The notes beneath the pieces are model-generated. The model made no database searches, had not been told where the DNA came from, and saw only the letters and a program-made list of their open reading frames with translations. This document shows, one piece after another, positions 28,990-41,252 of a stretch of 64,000 bases of DNA. The position numbers were made by a program, and so were the translations under genes. Source of the DNA: an uncultured delta proteobacterium (GTDB taxonomy: Bacteria > Myxococcota_A > Polyangia > Polyangiales > B10-G4); assembly GCA_963727445.1 (NCBI GenBank), contig CAVSGI010000020.1, forward strand, positions 256,001-320,000. Direction: 5' to 3'. Numbering within the stretch: the first letter of the stretch is position 1; each line of letters opens with the position of its first letter.

Positions 28990-30444
28990 TTATCTCTGTC
29001 GCGCTTCTTCGCCGTGCGCCTGCGCGTAGCGCTCGCGGATGTCGCGGACCAGATCGTCCCCCAGGACGCCGTGCTTCTGGAAGTAGCGCATGTGCAGGAT
29101 CGACTCGCCGCCGAGCTCGGCCGCGCTCTTGCCATCGACCCGCTCGGTGTACTGCTTCGGGTGGAAGGGCATCAGGGTCGCCCCCGGCACCACGTCGACG
29201 CGCTTCAAGAGGTCGATGGTCGCGTCGAGGGAGTTCATCTTCATGTAGGGGCAGGTCGCGCATCCACCGGCGATGGTGCAGCCTTCGCCCGCGGCGACAC
29301 CGGGGATGATCGGTAGCTCGGCCTCGTCGGTCTGAGCGATGGCCTCGCTGGCCACGGGAAAGATGATCTCGACGGCGACCTCGGGCCGCGCGGCCAAGAG
29401 ATCGCGGACCTTCTTCACGATCGCCGTCAGCATGCCGGCCTCGGTGCCCAGAACGAAGGAGAGACGCGTCGCGGTGCCGGCGGGGACCTTTTCCACCTGG
29501 TCGGCGATGAAGCCCAGGATGTTCGAGGTCGAGCCCACCACCCCGCGGCCTTCGCGGCTCGCCTCCATGCCGAGGGCGAACATCTCGCCAGGGACCTCGA
29601 GGTGGGCGGTGACCATGGCGTTCGGGTAGTCCTCGCGCACCCGGCGGGCCACGTCCGCGCCGAACATGTGGTGGACGACGCACACGCCTTGCTGGAAGTG
29701 ATGAAAGCGCGGCAACAGCGCGCGGATCGTCTCCGGCGTGTGATCCGGGTGGACGGCGCGCACCGCCGCCTCGTCCATCTGCGCGAGGCTCTCGAAGAGC
29801 ACGCGAAGGTTCTCGCCCATGTAGGTATCCGGCCCGTAGAAGACCTCCACCTCGGGGACCTGCGCGGCGGCCTGCAGGATGGTCTTCACCACGTTCGACG
29901 AGGTGCAGGTGATGGTGGGGACGCGTGCCTGCGCTTCGGCCTTCGTGATCAGGCTGGTGTTGATGTAGACGACGTGGAGCGAGTTGGGCGTGTCGGCGGC
30001 CTTCTTCAGGTAGGCGGCGTAGGCCGGCGCGGTGGCTGACTCCGCGAGGGAGCAGCCAATGGGATCGGCCGCGACGCGATAGACGATCACGTCCTCGTGG
30101 CCGGAGGCGTCGAGCATCGCTCGGACGTTCTCGCTCATGAAGTCGACGCCGAGCACGATGACGTTCTTCACGCCGGCTTCCGCCATCCGGATCGCCGAGT
30201 CCGCCATCAACAGCGAGTCGCTGATCGCGATGTGCGGCCAGTCGCAGGCGGTGAGGACGCCCTGGAGCTCGGGGTCCATGTAGAAGTGCGCCACGACCCC
30301 GGCGTTCTTCTCTTCGAGCAGCTGGCGCAGCTCCCTCACCACGTCTGGATCGGGGCTCAGGAACTCCGCCTGGGCTTCGGCGAAGGAGCCCTCGGGGGTC
30401 AGGGCATCACGGGTGATGGTGAGGCTCGGGAAGGGCGTGGCCAT
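28990..30444 (-). CDS. nadA: Quinolinate synthase (plant/algal-type NadA)
   Basis: AHFYMDPE, SDSL, GVDFMSEN, GCSLA, VYINTS, CTSSN, CVVH, AHLEVP, GTEAG, CPYMKMN. Confidence 0.93.
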   Translation of the reverse strand: MATPFPSLTITRDALTPEGSFAEAQAEFLSPDPDVVRELRQLLEEKNAGVVAHFYMDPELQGVLTACDWPHIAISDSLLMADSAIRMAEAGVKNVIVLGVDFMSENVRAMLDASGHEDVIVYRVAADPIGCSLAESATAPAYAAYLKKAADTPNSLHVVYINTSLITKAEAQARVPTITCTSSNVVKTILQAAAQVPEVEVFYGPDTYMGENLRVLFESLAQMDEAAVRAVHPDHTPETIRALLPRFHHFQQGVCVVHHMFGADVARRVREDYPNAMVTAHLEVPGEMFALGMEASREGRGVVGSTSNILGFIADQVEKVPAGTATRLSFVLGTEAGMLTAIVKKVRDLLAARPEVAVEIIFPVASEAIAQTDEAELPIIPGVAAGEGCTIAGGCATCPYMKMNSLDATIDLLKRVDVVPGATLMPFHPKQYTERVDGKSAAELGGESILHMRYFQKHGVLGDDLVRDIRERYAQAHGEEARQR

Positions 30445-30523
30445 GCGCGGAGTATAGGGCCACCGCGCGCCTGTTGGTCTCCTCCGGTTGACGTCGCGTT
30501 TCGCGCGCAACAGGTTCTCTGTC

Positions 30524-31051
30524 GTGAATCGCCGAAAAGCGCTGGCGGTCTTGGGGCTCGCGCTCGTGATGGGCGGCGCGCCCTTGTTGGCGGCGGCCCA
30601 GCAGAGCCTCTCCGCCCAGAAGGCGATCATCGCGGCACGCTTCCCCGCGGTCCGTTGGGTCACGACGGGGACCCTCGCGCGGTGGATGGGCCGCGGGGGC
30701 CACGCCGGGCCGGTCATCCTCGACGCGCGCGCGCCGGAAGAGTTCCGCGTCAGCCACCTGCGGGGCGCCCGGCGCGTCGATCCCGACCTCGAAGACGTGA
30801 GCTCGCTCGGCATCGATCCGGGCGCGCGGATCGTCGTCTACTGCTCGGTGGGATGGCGGAGCGGCGCGATCGCTTCGCGCCTGGAGCAGGCGGGATATCG
30901 ACAGGTCTACAACCTCGAAGGTGGGATCTTCCGCTGGGCGAACGAAGGCCGCGCCATGTACCGCGGAGACCACGTGGTCCACAGGGTGCACCCCTACGAC
31001 CAAGCGTGGGGCCGGATGCTCGACGACCAGCATCGCGCCTCGCTGCACTGA
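30524..31051 (+). CDS. Exported rhodanese-like domain protein
   Basis: Signal peptide; LDAR..EF.VSHL.GA, YCSVGWRS, NLEGGIFRW. Confidence 0.85.
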   Translation: MNRRKALAVLGLALVMGGAPLLAAAQQSLSAQKAIIAARFPAVRWVTTGTLARWMGRGGHAGPVILDARAPEEFRVSHLRGARRVDPDLEDVSSLGIDPGARIVVYCSVGWRSGAIASRLEQAGYRQVYNLEGGIFRWANEGRAMYRGDHVVHRVHPYDQAWGRMLDDQHRASLH

Positions 31052-31068
31052 GCGAGCTCAGAAGGCGA

Positions 31069-33553
31069 TCAGAAGGCGATGGGGTCCGCGTGGGGCTCGG
31101 GCAGCTGCAGGCTGAGCCGCTCCATCGGGAGGTTCTTCTGCTCGCGGTACGCCGCGTAGTGGGTCAGGACCCGGCGGACGTAGCGGTGGGTCTGGTCGAA
31201 GGGGATCTCCTCGAGGAAGGCGTCGAGGCTCATGTCCTCGTAGTGATCGCGCATCCAGCGCCGCACGTTGTGTGGGCCGCCGTTGTAACTGGCGATGGCG
31301 AGGGGGAGCCTTCCGTCGAAGCGCTCGATCAGCGACGCGAGATACCAGGCGGCGAAGTCCAGGTTGGTCTCGGCGTCGAGGAGGTCGGCGGTGGTGAAGT
31401 CGTCGAAGCCGCGGGCCTCGGCGATGAGGCGACCGGTCCGCGGCATGATCTGCATGAGGCCGACGGCGCCCGCGTAGCTCACGATGCGGCGCTGATAGAC
31501 GCTCTCGACGCGCATCACGGCGAGCAGGAGGTTCGGGTCGAGGCCGTGGCGGCGCGCGACCTCCTCGACGATGGGCTCGTAGGCGCGGGGCCGAGCCGCG
31601 ACCCGGCTCCATCCGGAGAATCCCACCGCCGTCCCCTCGTCGCCGAGCGCGCGAGGTGATGTCGGCCAGGTTCATGCGCGCTTCGTGGTCGAGCTTGCGG
31701 CGCTCGCGGCGGGTCTGCCAGCTGACGAAGTTTCGGGGCCGCTCGGTGCCTCGATAGACCGCTTCGATGCCGGTGCGCCTCAGGCTCCGCCCGGTGGCGT
31801 CACGGTAGGCGAGGTAGGCCTCGTGAAGCTCGTCCGAGGCGCCCTTGGTGTCGCCCAGGCCGAGCAGGATGACGGCGCGCGAGAGCCACGGATAGGCCTC
31901 GCCGTGCTCCTCGGCGATGGGGGCGAGCTGCTCGGCGAGGGCGTCGAGATCGGGCTCCGCGGGCGGAGAGATGGTGCCGTCGTCCTCACGCGTCCCCTCG
32001 TGATGGGCGGTGGCGCGGCGCGTGGGATCGGCGAGCGCCGAGAGCGAGGCGAGCACCATGGGCTCGTCTTCCCCGGCCGGCGCCGCCTCGGCCTCCATCT
32101 CCTCGGGCCCGCAGCGACAGAGCATCGCCTCGCGCACCGACGACAGGCGCTGCTCGGAGAGCATCGCATACCAGCGGGTCTCGCTGTGATCGAGCTGGGC
32201 GACGCGCAGGAACTCCACCTCGGCGTCCACGTAGCGGCCTGCGCGTTCGAGGGCGCGCGCGTAGTGGTACCGGCCGCTCACCCGGTAGCGCGGGTGGTCC
32301 TTGATGCGGGCGAGGAGGTCCACCAGCAGCGCGTCGTCCGCGAGCCCCGAAGCGAGAATCGCCGTGTCGAAGGCGATGGTCGGGTGCAGGTTCGAGCGCT
32401 TGGAGAGCGCCTCGACGGCGGCGTCCACCTCTTCGCGAAGGCCCGCACGCGCGCCGATGTCGACGATGGTCCGGAGGCGCATCGTCGGCACCCGCCCCCA
32501 ACTCGAGCGGCCCTTGAGCCGAGCGATGCTCTGTCGCGCGCTCTCCTGCTCGCGCGCGCTGGCCGCCCGCGCCATGTCCGCCGCGCGCGCCGCCGTTTCT
32601 TCGCGGCGCTCTTCGTCATCGATGGGCGCTCCGTTGGCCATCGCGGTGTAGCGCTGGGCGTCTTCCCAGTTGCCTTCGACACGCGCGAGGCGCGCCGCCG
32701 AGGCGGCCACGCGACCGCGGAGCTCGCGAGGCAGCTCGAGCGCCAGCAGGCGCTGCACCTCGCTCCGGGCCATGGGCATCGGGCCCTGGCGAACGAGGCG
32801 CTCCAGTCGCTCTACCTCCTGCAGCGACGTCAGGGTTCGCACGCGGGTGCCGGCATCGGCGATGGCCTGCATCCGGTCGCGCGACTGGGCGGCGAGCGCC
32901 GTGCCCGGGGTCATCAGGTCGATGTCGCGGTAGATGCCGACGGCCGCGTCGATGTCCCCGTTGTCCTCGTAGGCGCGCGCCAGGGAGAAGCGCAGCTCGA
33001 GCACCGGCGGCAGGCTCGGGTAGCGTCGCATCAGTTGGGAGAGCTCGTGGCCCGCGTTTCGGCTTCGCATCGCGATGAGCGCACGCACCCGGCCGACCCG
33101 GGCGAGGGTGGCCACCTCGCTGTCGATGCTGGTGCGGGCGAGCTCGAAGGCTTCGCGCGCGGCGTCCGCTTCGCCGTTGGCGAGGAGGATCTCGCCGCGC
33201 GTCAGCGCGAGGCGATCCTCGATGCTCGGATACGCCGCCTCGACCACGCGGAGCGAGAGGAGCGCCTCGTCATAGCGCTCGGCCTCCACCAACTCGTGAA
33301 CGCGCTGAAAGGCACGACGCGCGTCCGCATCCTGCACGCCGAGGCCGAGCTCGGCGCTGGGAAGGACGACCGGCGGAATGTCTGCCGCGCACATCGGCAG
33401 GATGGGATCGACGAGCGGTTGCGGGCCGACGAGGGTCTCGTCGAGCGCGCACAGAGGGCCATCCCAGGCGGCGGCTTGGTTGTAGGAAACCGCCACCGCC
33501 AAAGCGGCCAGAACAGCTGACCATCGCAGTGTGGTTTTCCCCACGTACTTCAT
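31069..33553 (-). CDS. Soluble lytic transglycosylase (Slt70-like, TPR + SLT domain); frameshift near 31650
   Basis: Signal peptide and TPR-like helices (ORF 31058..33580); SLT motifs RVES, GLMQIMP, ASYNGG in a second frame (31069..31626). Confidence 0.85.
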
Positions 33554-33719
33554 TGTTGGTGATCCGAGGCGCATGCGCAAAATTCGTGCACCGCCAAAGC
33601 GATACGAGATCTATGTGCATTCAGACGGCCGAACGCCACCATCCGTTCAAAATTCTGCTCGCGCTCTGGGGATCTGGCCAGTTTTCGACGATCGACGGCC
33701 GCTCGAAAGGGGGGCGTCG

Positions 33720-33895
33720 CTATTCCGTCGCGTCCTCGGATGTGGACGTCGCGGCGGGCGTAGTCCCTTGGTTTGTCTCGGGATCGTCCTCACCAGAGAG
33801 CTCGGGAACGAGCACTGTGAGAATCCCCACGACAACGAAGACGACAAAGCCGATCGCGAGCAGAGCGTTCGGGAGCAGGGGGGCAGGTCGATCGT

Positions 33896-33899
<4 letters not shown>
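33720..33899 (-). CDS. Small single-pass membrane protein (59 aa)
   Basis: ATGA overlap with the proS stop; hydrophobic LLAIGFVVFVVVGILTVLV followed by an acidic tail. Confidence 0.55.
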
Positions 33900-35634
<1,735 letters not shown>

Positions 35635-35695
35635 GGGCGGCTCATAACACCGAATCGCGCCCTTTCAAACCGCACGGAGACGGTAGAATGGCCCC

Positions 35696-36952
35696 ATGGC
35701 CGGCGACCGCCCGATGCTCATCTTCGTGAGCGACATCCATCTGACGGACCAGCTTCATGGTTCGGCGATCCCGCGGGCCGTGACCTTCGAGCGCTTCTGG
35801 GTTCGCATCCAGGCCGCGCGGGGCAAGAGGCCCGCCGAGATCTGCTTCGTCGGCGACCTCTTCGACATCGTCCGTTCGCCCAGCTGGTTCGAGGGGGCGT
35901 ATCGTCCCTATCACGAAGAGAGCGCGGGCCTCACCGACATGATCGACGCGATCGTGGGGCGCATCCTCGAGCGCGAAGCGCCGTTCTTCGAGGCGATTCG
36001 CAAGCGCGTTCAGGACGGCTCGCTCAGCGTGCACTACGTGCTCGGCAACCACGACCGACTCCTCAGGTATGCGCCCAAGGCGCGGCGCGCGGTCTGGAAG
36101 GCGCTCACTGGGGAGGACCGCGACGTCACCTTCGAGACGCGGAAGATCTTCCCCGACCACGGCGTGATCGCCTACCACGGCAACGTCACCGATGCCGTGA
36201 ACTACGACCCGGAGGGCGGCGCCACCATCGGTGACGCGATCGGCTCGGAGCTGATCACGCGCTTTCCGCGCTCGGTGCGCCTGCTCACCGGCGAGGAGCA
36301 CCGTCAGCTCGACGACATCGACGACGTGCGACCGGTCTACGCCGTGCCGGCGTGGGTGCGTCAGCTGGCCGTGCTCAACCCCGAGCTCCTCGGTCCCGTG
36401 AACAAGACGTGGGTGGAGCTGGTGGAGAGCTTCCTGTCGCGGCCCTTCGTGAAGAACTGGATGAAGGCCAGCAAGAAGAAGAGCAAGAAGAAGATCGGCG
36501 TCGCCGAGGGGATGAAGCTCAAGCTCCTCCTCGAGCTGTCGACGAAGAAGGTCGTCGCCAAGGGAAGCGATAAGCGCCTGACCGAGCTGTACAAGGTCAT
36601 CCAGCACGGCTTCGACGGAAAGATGGCCAAGCACGGCGCCGAGGAGCTCGAGGAAAACAAGGGCTTCAACTACGTCGTCAACGGGCACTCCCACTTCGCC
36701 AACATGGTTCCGCTCGGCAACGTCGGGACAAAGCCGGCCGTCTACTTCAACACCGGCACCTGGCGCAGCGTCCATCAGATCGGTCACGGCATCGGCGGCC
36801 GCCCCACCTTCCTGCCCTACGACGCCATGAGCTACCTTGTCTTCTTCCCCGACGCCGACGAGCTCGGCCGCGCCTACGAGTGGTGGAACGGCGTGATGGT
36901 GGCGGCCGACAGCGCGCGCGGCGCGGGCGGCGAACGGGCGGAGGGTGGCTGA
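35696..36952 (+). CDS. Calcineurin-like metallophosphoesterase
   Basis: SDIHL, GDLFD, GNHD, HGN, GHSH, NTGTW. Confidence 0.82.
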   Translation: MAGDRPMLIFVSDIHLTDQLHGSAIPRAVTFERFWVRIQAARGKRPAEICFVGDLFDIVRSPSWFEGAYRPYHEESAGLTDMIDAIVGRILEREAPFFEAIRKRVQDGSLSVHYVLGNHDRLLRYAPKARRAVWKALTGEDRDVTFETRKIFPDHGVIAYHGNVTDAVNYDPEGGATIGDAIGSELITRFPRSVRLLTGEEHRQLDDIDDVRPVYAVPAWVRQLAVLNPELLGPVNKTWVELVESFLSRPFVKNWMKASKKKSKKKIGVAEGMKLKLLLELSTKKVVAKGSDKRLTELYKVIQHGFDGKMAKHGAEELEENKGFNYVVNGHSHFANMVPLGNVGTKPAVYFNTGTWRSVHQIGHGIGGRPTFLPYDAMSYLVFFPDADELGRAYEWWNGVMVAADSARGAGGERAEGG

Positions 36953-36968
36953 GGCGAGGCGCTCGGTA

Positions 36969-37113
36969 TTCCCCCAAGGGGGGCGGGCTACCGGTGGATC
37001 GCCCAGGCCATTGGCTGACGTGGTGGCTCACCCTCGCATCAGCCAAAGCCGGTGAGCCACCACATCACCCCATGGCTTGGGCGGTCCTCCGGGAGCCCAC
37101 CACCCGAAGGGAA
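36969..37113. repeat. Long imperfect inverted repeat (hairpin) between convergent genes
   Basis: 48-nt arms at 36985-37032 and 37051-37098, 41/48 Watson-Crick complementary, 18-nt loop; outer TTCCC/GGGAA extension. Confidence 0.9.
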
Positions 37114-37116
37114 GTC

Positions 37117-38178
37117 CTAGTGGCTCGATACGTCAGGGGCGGCGTCCGCCTCTTGTTCGACGTCCATCGGCACCACGAGCTCCGAAGCGGGCTCCGCGTC
37201 GCCCCAGCTGATCCACTCCGTCTCGTCGAGCTTCAAGAGCTCGACGGCGCCTTCCGAGACGAGTGCGATCATGGCGCCGTCGGGGGACATGGCGACGCCG
37301 GCGTAGGGGCCGCGTTCGGTGATCGTTCCGAGGACTGCGCCGCTTTCGAGGTCGCGGATCTCGATGGTGTCGTCCACGCGGAGGGCGCCTCGTTTGCCAT
37401 CTTCGGAGATGGCGACCGGTCGGCCGGGGAGCTCGAAGCGGCGCTCGGCGATGCGCACCCGATCGCCTTCGAGGTTCACGCGGGCGAAACGAAGGTCGTG
37501 GCGGCGTCCGAGCGTGGCGAAGAAGCCGGTGGGGCTCGCGCCGGCCTCGTAAGGGAGCATGCGGCGGGCGGGAGGCGCGAGGACGCGTACGCGTTCTCCG
37601 TCCTCGACGCGGTTCACGGTCAATCGGCCGTGTCGCTCGCGAAGCACGAGCGACTCCTCGTCGAGCCAGGTGGCGTCGACACCGCCGGCGACCCACTTGC
37701 GCCGCCCGCTCTCGAGATCGAAGAGCGAGAGCCGACCATCGCCGGCGTCGTCGGCGGTTCCGACGACCACGTAGCGGCCGGTGGGGGAGAAACGAAGGGT
37801 CGTCGGATGACCGCCGCGCAGGCGCGCGATGCGGCGCGAGGATGGGCCGGTCAGATCGTGGATCCACACCCAGACGTGGGTCTTGTCGCAGGGCCCCGCT
37901 TCGTCTCCTACACGGACTGGGGACAGGCTGATCAGCGTCTGTCCGTCGGGGCTGAAGGCGGCTCGCGCGCGCTGGACGTGCTCGTCGTGGACCACGACCG
38001 ACCCGGTTTCATCCACGAAACGCACCACGTCCGCGCCGGATTGTGCGACCGGGCCCGAGGCGCTGAAGGCGACGGCGGGTGCCACGCGAGGCCCCTCGGG
38101 GCACTGCGCGATGGCGCGTGGAGCCACCACCAAGAGGCCGAAAATTACAGTCGCAACAATGGCCGGGCTCGGCGTCAC
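37117..38178 (-). CDS. Exported WD40/beta-propeller-like protein
   Basis: Signal peptide from GTG 38178; repeated blades AFSPDG, LRFSPTG, AISEDG, AMSPDG. Confidence 0.7.
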   Translation of the reverse strand: MTPSPAIVATVIFGLLVVAPRAIAQCPEGPRVAPAVAFSASGPVAQSGADVVRFVDETGSVVVHDEHVQRARAAFSPDGQTLISLSPVRVGDEAGPCDKTHVWVWIHDLTGPSSRRIARLRGGHPTTLRFSPTGRYVVVGTADDAGDGRLSLFDLESGRRKWVAGGVDATWLDEESLVLRERHGRLTVNRVEDGERVRVLAPPARRMLPYEAGASPTGFFATLGRRHDLRFARVNLEGDRVRIAERRFELPGRPVAISEDGKRGALRVDDTIEIRDLESGAVLGTITERGPYAGVAMSPDGAMIALVSEGAVELLKLDETEWISWGDAEPASELVVPMDVEQEADAAPDVSSH

Positions 38179-38224
38179 GCGGCGAGGGTAGCAGCCGCCG
38201 CTTTCGATGTGCGATAACCGCGGT

Positions 38225-38464
38225 GTGAAGCTGACGGGTGACGAAGCGGGCGTTGCCGCCCTCAAAGCGATGCACGCCAAGGACAATGGGGCTGCGGTGA
38301 AGTTCCTCGTCCAAGAGGCGCGCACCAACACCGACCTCAAGGCCGAGTTCCGCGCAGAGGATGGGACCCTCTACGTCCTCATGCTCGATCCCAAGACGGG
38401 TGATCTGGTGGTCGAGAAGGCGAAGAACCAGCGTCCATCCAAGTTGCCCGGCCCTCCGACCTGA
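38225..38464 (+). CDS. Small hypothetical protein
   Basis: 79-aa ORF with typical GC-rich third positions; 9 bp from the next gene. Confidence 0.6.
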   Translation: MKLTGDEAGVAALKAMHAKDNGAAVKFLVQEARTNTDLKAEFRAEDGTLYVLMLDPKTGDLVVEKAKNQRPSKLPGPPT

Positions 38465-38473
38465 GCCGGCTTC

Positions 38474-39179
38474 GTGGACAAGCAGGCCATCGACGACATG
38501 CTGGCGGCGACCCTCGACGACTTCGTCTTGTCGAGGGGCGAGAAGCACGCGCTCACCGAAGTCATCCGCGAGCAGGGCCTCGACCAGGAGGGCTACGCGT
38601 TCTGGCGTCATCGCGCCTTCGCGCTCGCTCGTGACAAGGTCGAGAGCGCGGGGCCGAAGAGGGGCCAGGTCCTCGATTGGCTCGAGGGCGTGGTCAAGCT
38701 CCTCCATCCCGTGAGCGACGGAATCCGACGGAGTGGCCCGCGTCTGTTTCAGCCCCGGCCCCGAGTGTCTGGGTGCGATCAAGTCGGAGCTCGACCGCGC
38801 CAGGAAGAAGGTGGAGATCTGCGTCTTCACCATCACCGACGATCGGGTCACGGACGCGATCCTCGCGGCACACCGCCGCGGGGTGAAGGTGCGCATCGCG
38901 ACCGATGACGAGAAGGCGTACGACCGCGGCTCCGACGTGGAGCGGCTCTTCGCCGAAGGCATCGAGGTGCGTGTCGACGAGCCGGACCACCACATGCACC
39001 ACAAGTTCGCCGTCTTCGACGACGCCCGCCTGGTCACGGGCAGCTACAACTGGACGCGGAGCGCCGCCGAGAAGAACCAGGAGAACGTCCTGGTGAGCGA
39101 CGACACCCGCCTGGTCCGCCCCTATCGCGAGATGTTCGAACGTCTCTGGACCCGTCTGTCCCCCTTCGACAACCACTGA
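38474..39179 (+). CDS. Single-HKD phospholipase D/Nuc-family protein; +1 indel near 38722
   Basis: N-terminal helical domain (TLDDFVLSRGE) joins VCFSPG, ICVFTITDD, HHKFAVFD, TGSYNWT, NQEN after deleting one A. Confidence 0.85.
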
Positions 39180-39264
39180 TCGCGCGACAAAGGGCCGCCG
39201 GGAGCGCCTGCACATACAGACCGGGTTGACTAGTCGGGGCCCGGGCCCCGACTCTGTCTGAAGC

Positions 39265-40221
39265 ATGAGCGCGGAAGACCCCGAGAACGACTCGTCGGGC
39301 TCCCAGAAGGAGTTCAAGTCCAGGCTCTCGACCGGCAAAACGAAGTTCCTGGCCCACGCCATCGACCACGCGCTGGTCTCCGGCCGGCGCTCCGCTGCCG
39401 ACTTCATCCGGTGGTTCTCGCCCGCACGGATCATGGAGGCGCTCGCGGACAAGCCCGAGCTCCGAGCGCGCATCCTGGTGGAGACCACCGGCACCCGAGA
39501 GAAGGTCGCGCTCCAGAAGAGCGCCGCCTCCGCCGGCGAGGACCTGCAGATCGCGCTCGACGTTCGCGAGACCTCCGCTGACGACATCGTTCGACTCTTC
39601 CGGCCGGACGATCGCGTTCGTTACCTGGACGGGCGCGAGCTCTGGGACTTCCTCTCCGAGGGAGAGTTCTGGAAGCAGCAGAACGACGGCATGGCGCTCG
39701 AGATCGCGCGTTCGCACATCGGCTACCTCATCGACAAAGCGATGGAGGAGAAGCTCCTCAAGGCGCGTGACGTGATCGACGGCATCGGTGTCGGTCGCCT
39801 GGCCGAGGTGCTGCCGCGCGCCGAGCTCGGGTGGATGCTCGAAAAGGCGCTCGAGCGCGGTCGTGGCCGCAAGCCCTTCACCGACGAGCAGTTCCTCGCC
39901 GAGGCGCCGATCGGCGTGCTCGCGGATCGCGTTCCGCTGGTCGAGCTGTGGGAGAACATTCTCGTCAAGCACGTCGCCGTGCCGCAGGGTCTCGCGGACG
40001 AGCCCACCCGCGAGTCGGCCGTGCCCGAGCCGCTGAAGGCCGAGCCCACGGTCGCCGCTGCGGTGGCGAGCGCGGCTGAATCCAAGAACACGAAGCGCGC
40101 GACCAAGGAAGAGAAGTCGGAAGAGGAGGTCGCTCCCTTCGACTTCTCCGACGTCACCGCCAACGAGGAGATCGAGGAAGATCTCGTCGCGGCCGCGGTG
40201 AAGGCCACGCTCGGCGAGTAG
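39265..40221 (+). CDS. Hypothetical helical protein with acidic C-terminus
   Basis: 318-aa ORF with strong codon bias; no motif recognised. Confidence 0.75.
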   Translation: MSAEDPENDSSGSQKEFKSRLSTGKTKFLAHAIDHALVSGRRSAADFIRWFSPARIMEALADKPELRARILVETTGTREKVALQKSAASAGEDLQIALDVRETSADDIVRLFRPDDRVRYLDGRELWDFLSEGEFWKQQNDGMALEIARSHIGYLIDKAMEEKLLKARDVIDGIGVGRLAEVLPRAELGWMLEKALERGRGRKPFTDEQFLAEAPIGVLADRVPLVELWENILVKHVAVPQGLADEPTRESAVPEPLKAEPTVAAAVASAAESKNTKRATKEEKSEEEVAPFDFSDVTANEEIEEDLVAAAVKATLGE

Positions 40222-40227
40222 CGCCTT

Positions 40228-41073
40228 TCAAACCGGCCCGCGGCGCTTCCAGCCGCTCTGGCTCTTCGCTTCCTCGCGCCAGCGCGCGTGGCGCTTCGTC
40301 GCGTAGGTCCTGGTGTCCACCGGGAGGGTGCCTTCGAGGCGGTAATCCTCGAGGGTCGGGAGCAGCTGGATCGCCCGGAGCCGGACGCCGTGCTTCTTCG
40401 CCTCGCGCAGCGCCCGGGCGAAGTCGGGGTCGTGTAGATCGCTCGGCCGCACGGCCTTGGCGTCGCCGCGCAGCACGGTGAAGAGCACGGTGGCGCGGTC
40501 GCCCTCGTCGACGCGGGCCCGGAGCTCGGCGAGGTGACCTGCGGCCCGCTTCGAGACCGAGTCGGGAAAATAGCCCCGCCCGTCGGGATAGACGAGTTGG
40601 CAGTTCTTCACCTCCACCCAGTGCCGCTGGCCCTTCTGCACGAGCAGAAAGTCGACGCGGCTGCCGTCCCCCATCGGCCGCTCGCGGGTGAGCGAGTCGA
40701 AGCGCGTGAGGCCCGGGACCTTCCGCGCTTCGAGGAGCGCACCCACGAGCCGGTTCGAGGCGTGGGTGTTCACACCGACCAACACGCCGTCGTGCTCGGC
40801 GATCTCCCAGGTGTACTTCAGCTTGCGCTTGGTGCCCTGTGGTGCGCGGCTCACCCATACGCGCATCCCGGGACGGACGAGCCCCTCCATGCGTCCGGGA
40901 TCGGCGCAATGGGTGTGGACCACCTCGCCGCCGTCGAGGCGGACATCCGCGATGAAGCGGTCGTAGCGCTGGACCAGGCGGCCTGGGACGAGCGCGCGCT
41001 CGTGAGGAACCGCTACTCGACCAGCTCGAATCGGAAGTCCTCGATCACGGGGTTGGCGAGGAGCTTCTCGCAC
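40228..41073 (-). CDS. sfsA: SfsA family DNA/RNA nuclease-fold protein; true start uncertain (homology begins near 41010)
   Basis: [47 protein letters not shown]. Confidence 0.88.
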   Translation of the reverse strand: MREAPRQPRDRGLPIRAGRVAVPHERALVPGRLVQRYDRFIADVRLDGGEVVHTHCADPGRMEGLVRPGMRVWVSRAPQGTKRKLKYTWEIAEHDGVLVGVNTHASNRLVGALLEARKVPGLTRFDSLTRERPMGDGSRVDFLLVQKGQRHWVEVKNCQLVYPDGRGYFPDSVSKRAAGHLAELRARVDEGDRATVLFTVLRGDAKAVRPSDLHDPDFARALREAKKHGVRLRAIQLLPTLEDYRLEGTLPVDTRTYATKRHARWREEAKSQSGWKRRGPV

Positions 41074-41252
41074 ATCGCTTGGAGGTCGCCCTCTGCCTGC
41101 TTCTCGTCCTCATCGAGCTCGAGCTCGATGAGCTTGCCCACGCGCACGTTCTTCACGTGATCGAAGCCGAGCGCGCCGAGCGCTCGGCGAACGGCGTCGC
41201 CCTGTGGATCGAGGACCTCGCGCTTGAGCGTCACGTAGACGTGCGCCTTCAT
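41013..41252 (-). CDS. purS: Phosphoribosylformylglycinamidine synthase subunit PurS
   Basis: [25 protein letters not shown] overlap with the purC stop. Confidence 0.95.
   Translation of the reverse strand: MKAHVYVTLKREVLDPQGDAVRRALGALGFDHVKNVRVGKLIELELDEDEKQAEGDLQAMCEKLLANPVIEDFRFELVE

Noticed and set aside
33577..33591. GTGCACG-AATT-TTGC (minus strand) as a sigma54 site for the lytic transglycosylase
   Set aside because: Lacks the invariant -24 GG; too weak to call.
36969..37113. Hairpin as a retron msr/msd
   Set aside because: No reverse transcriptase nearby and no recognisable msr; kept only as an unexplained hairpin.
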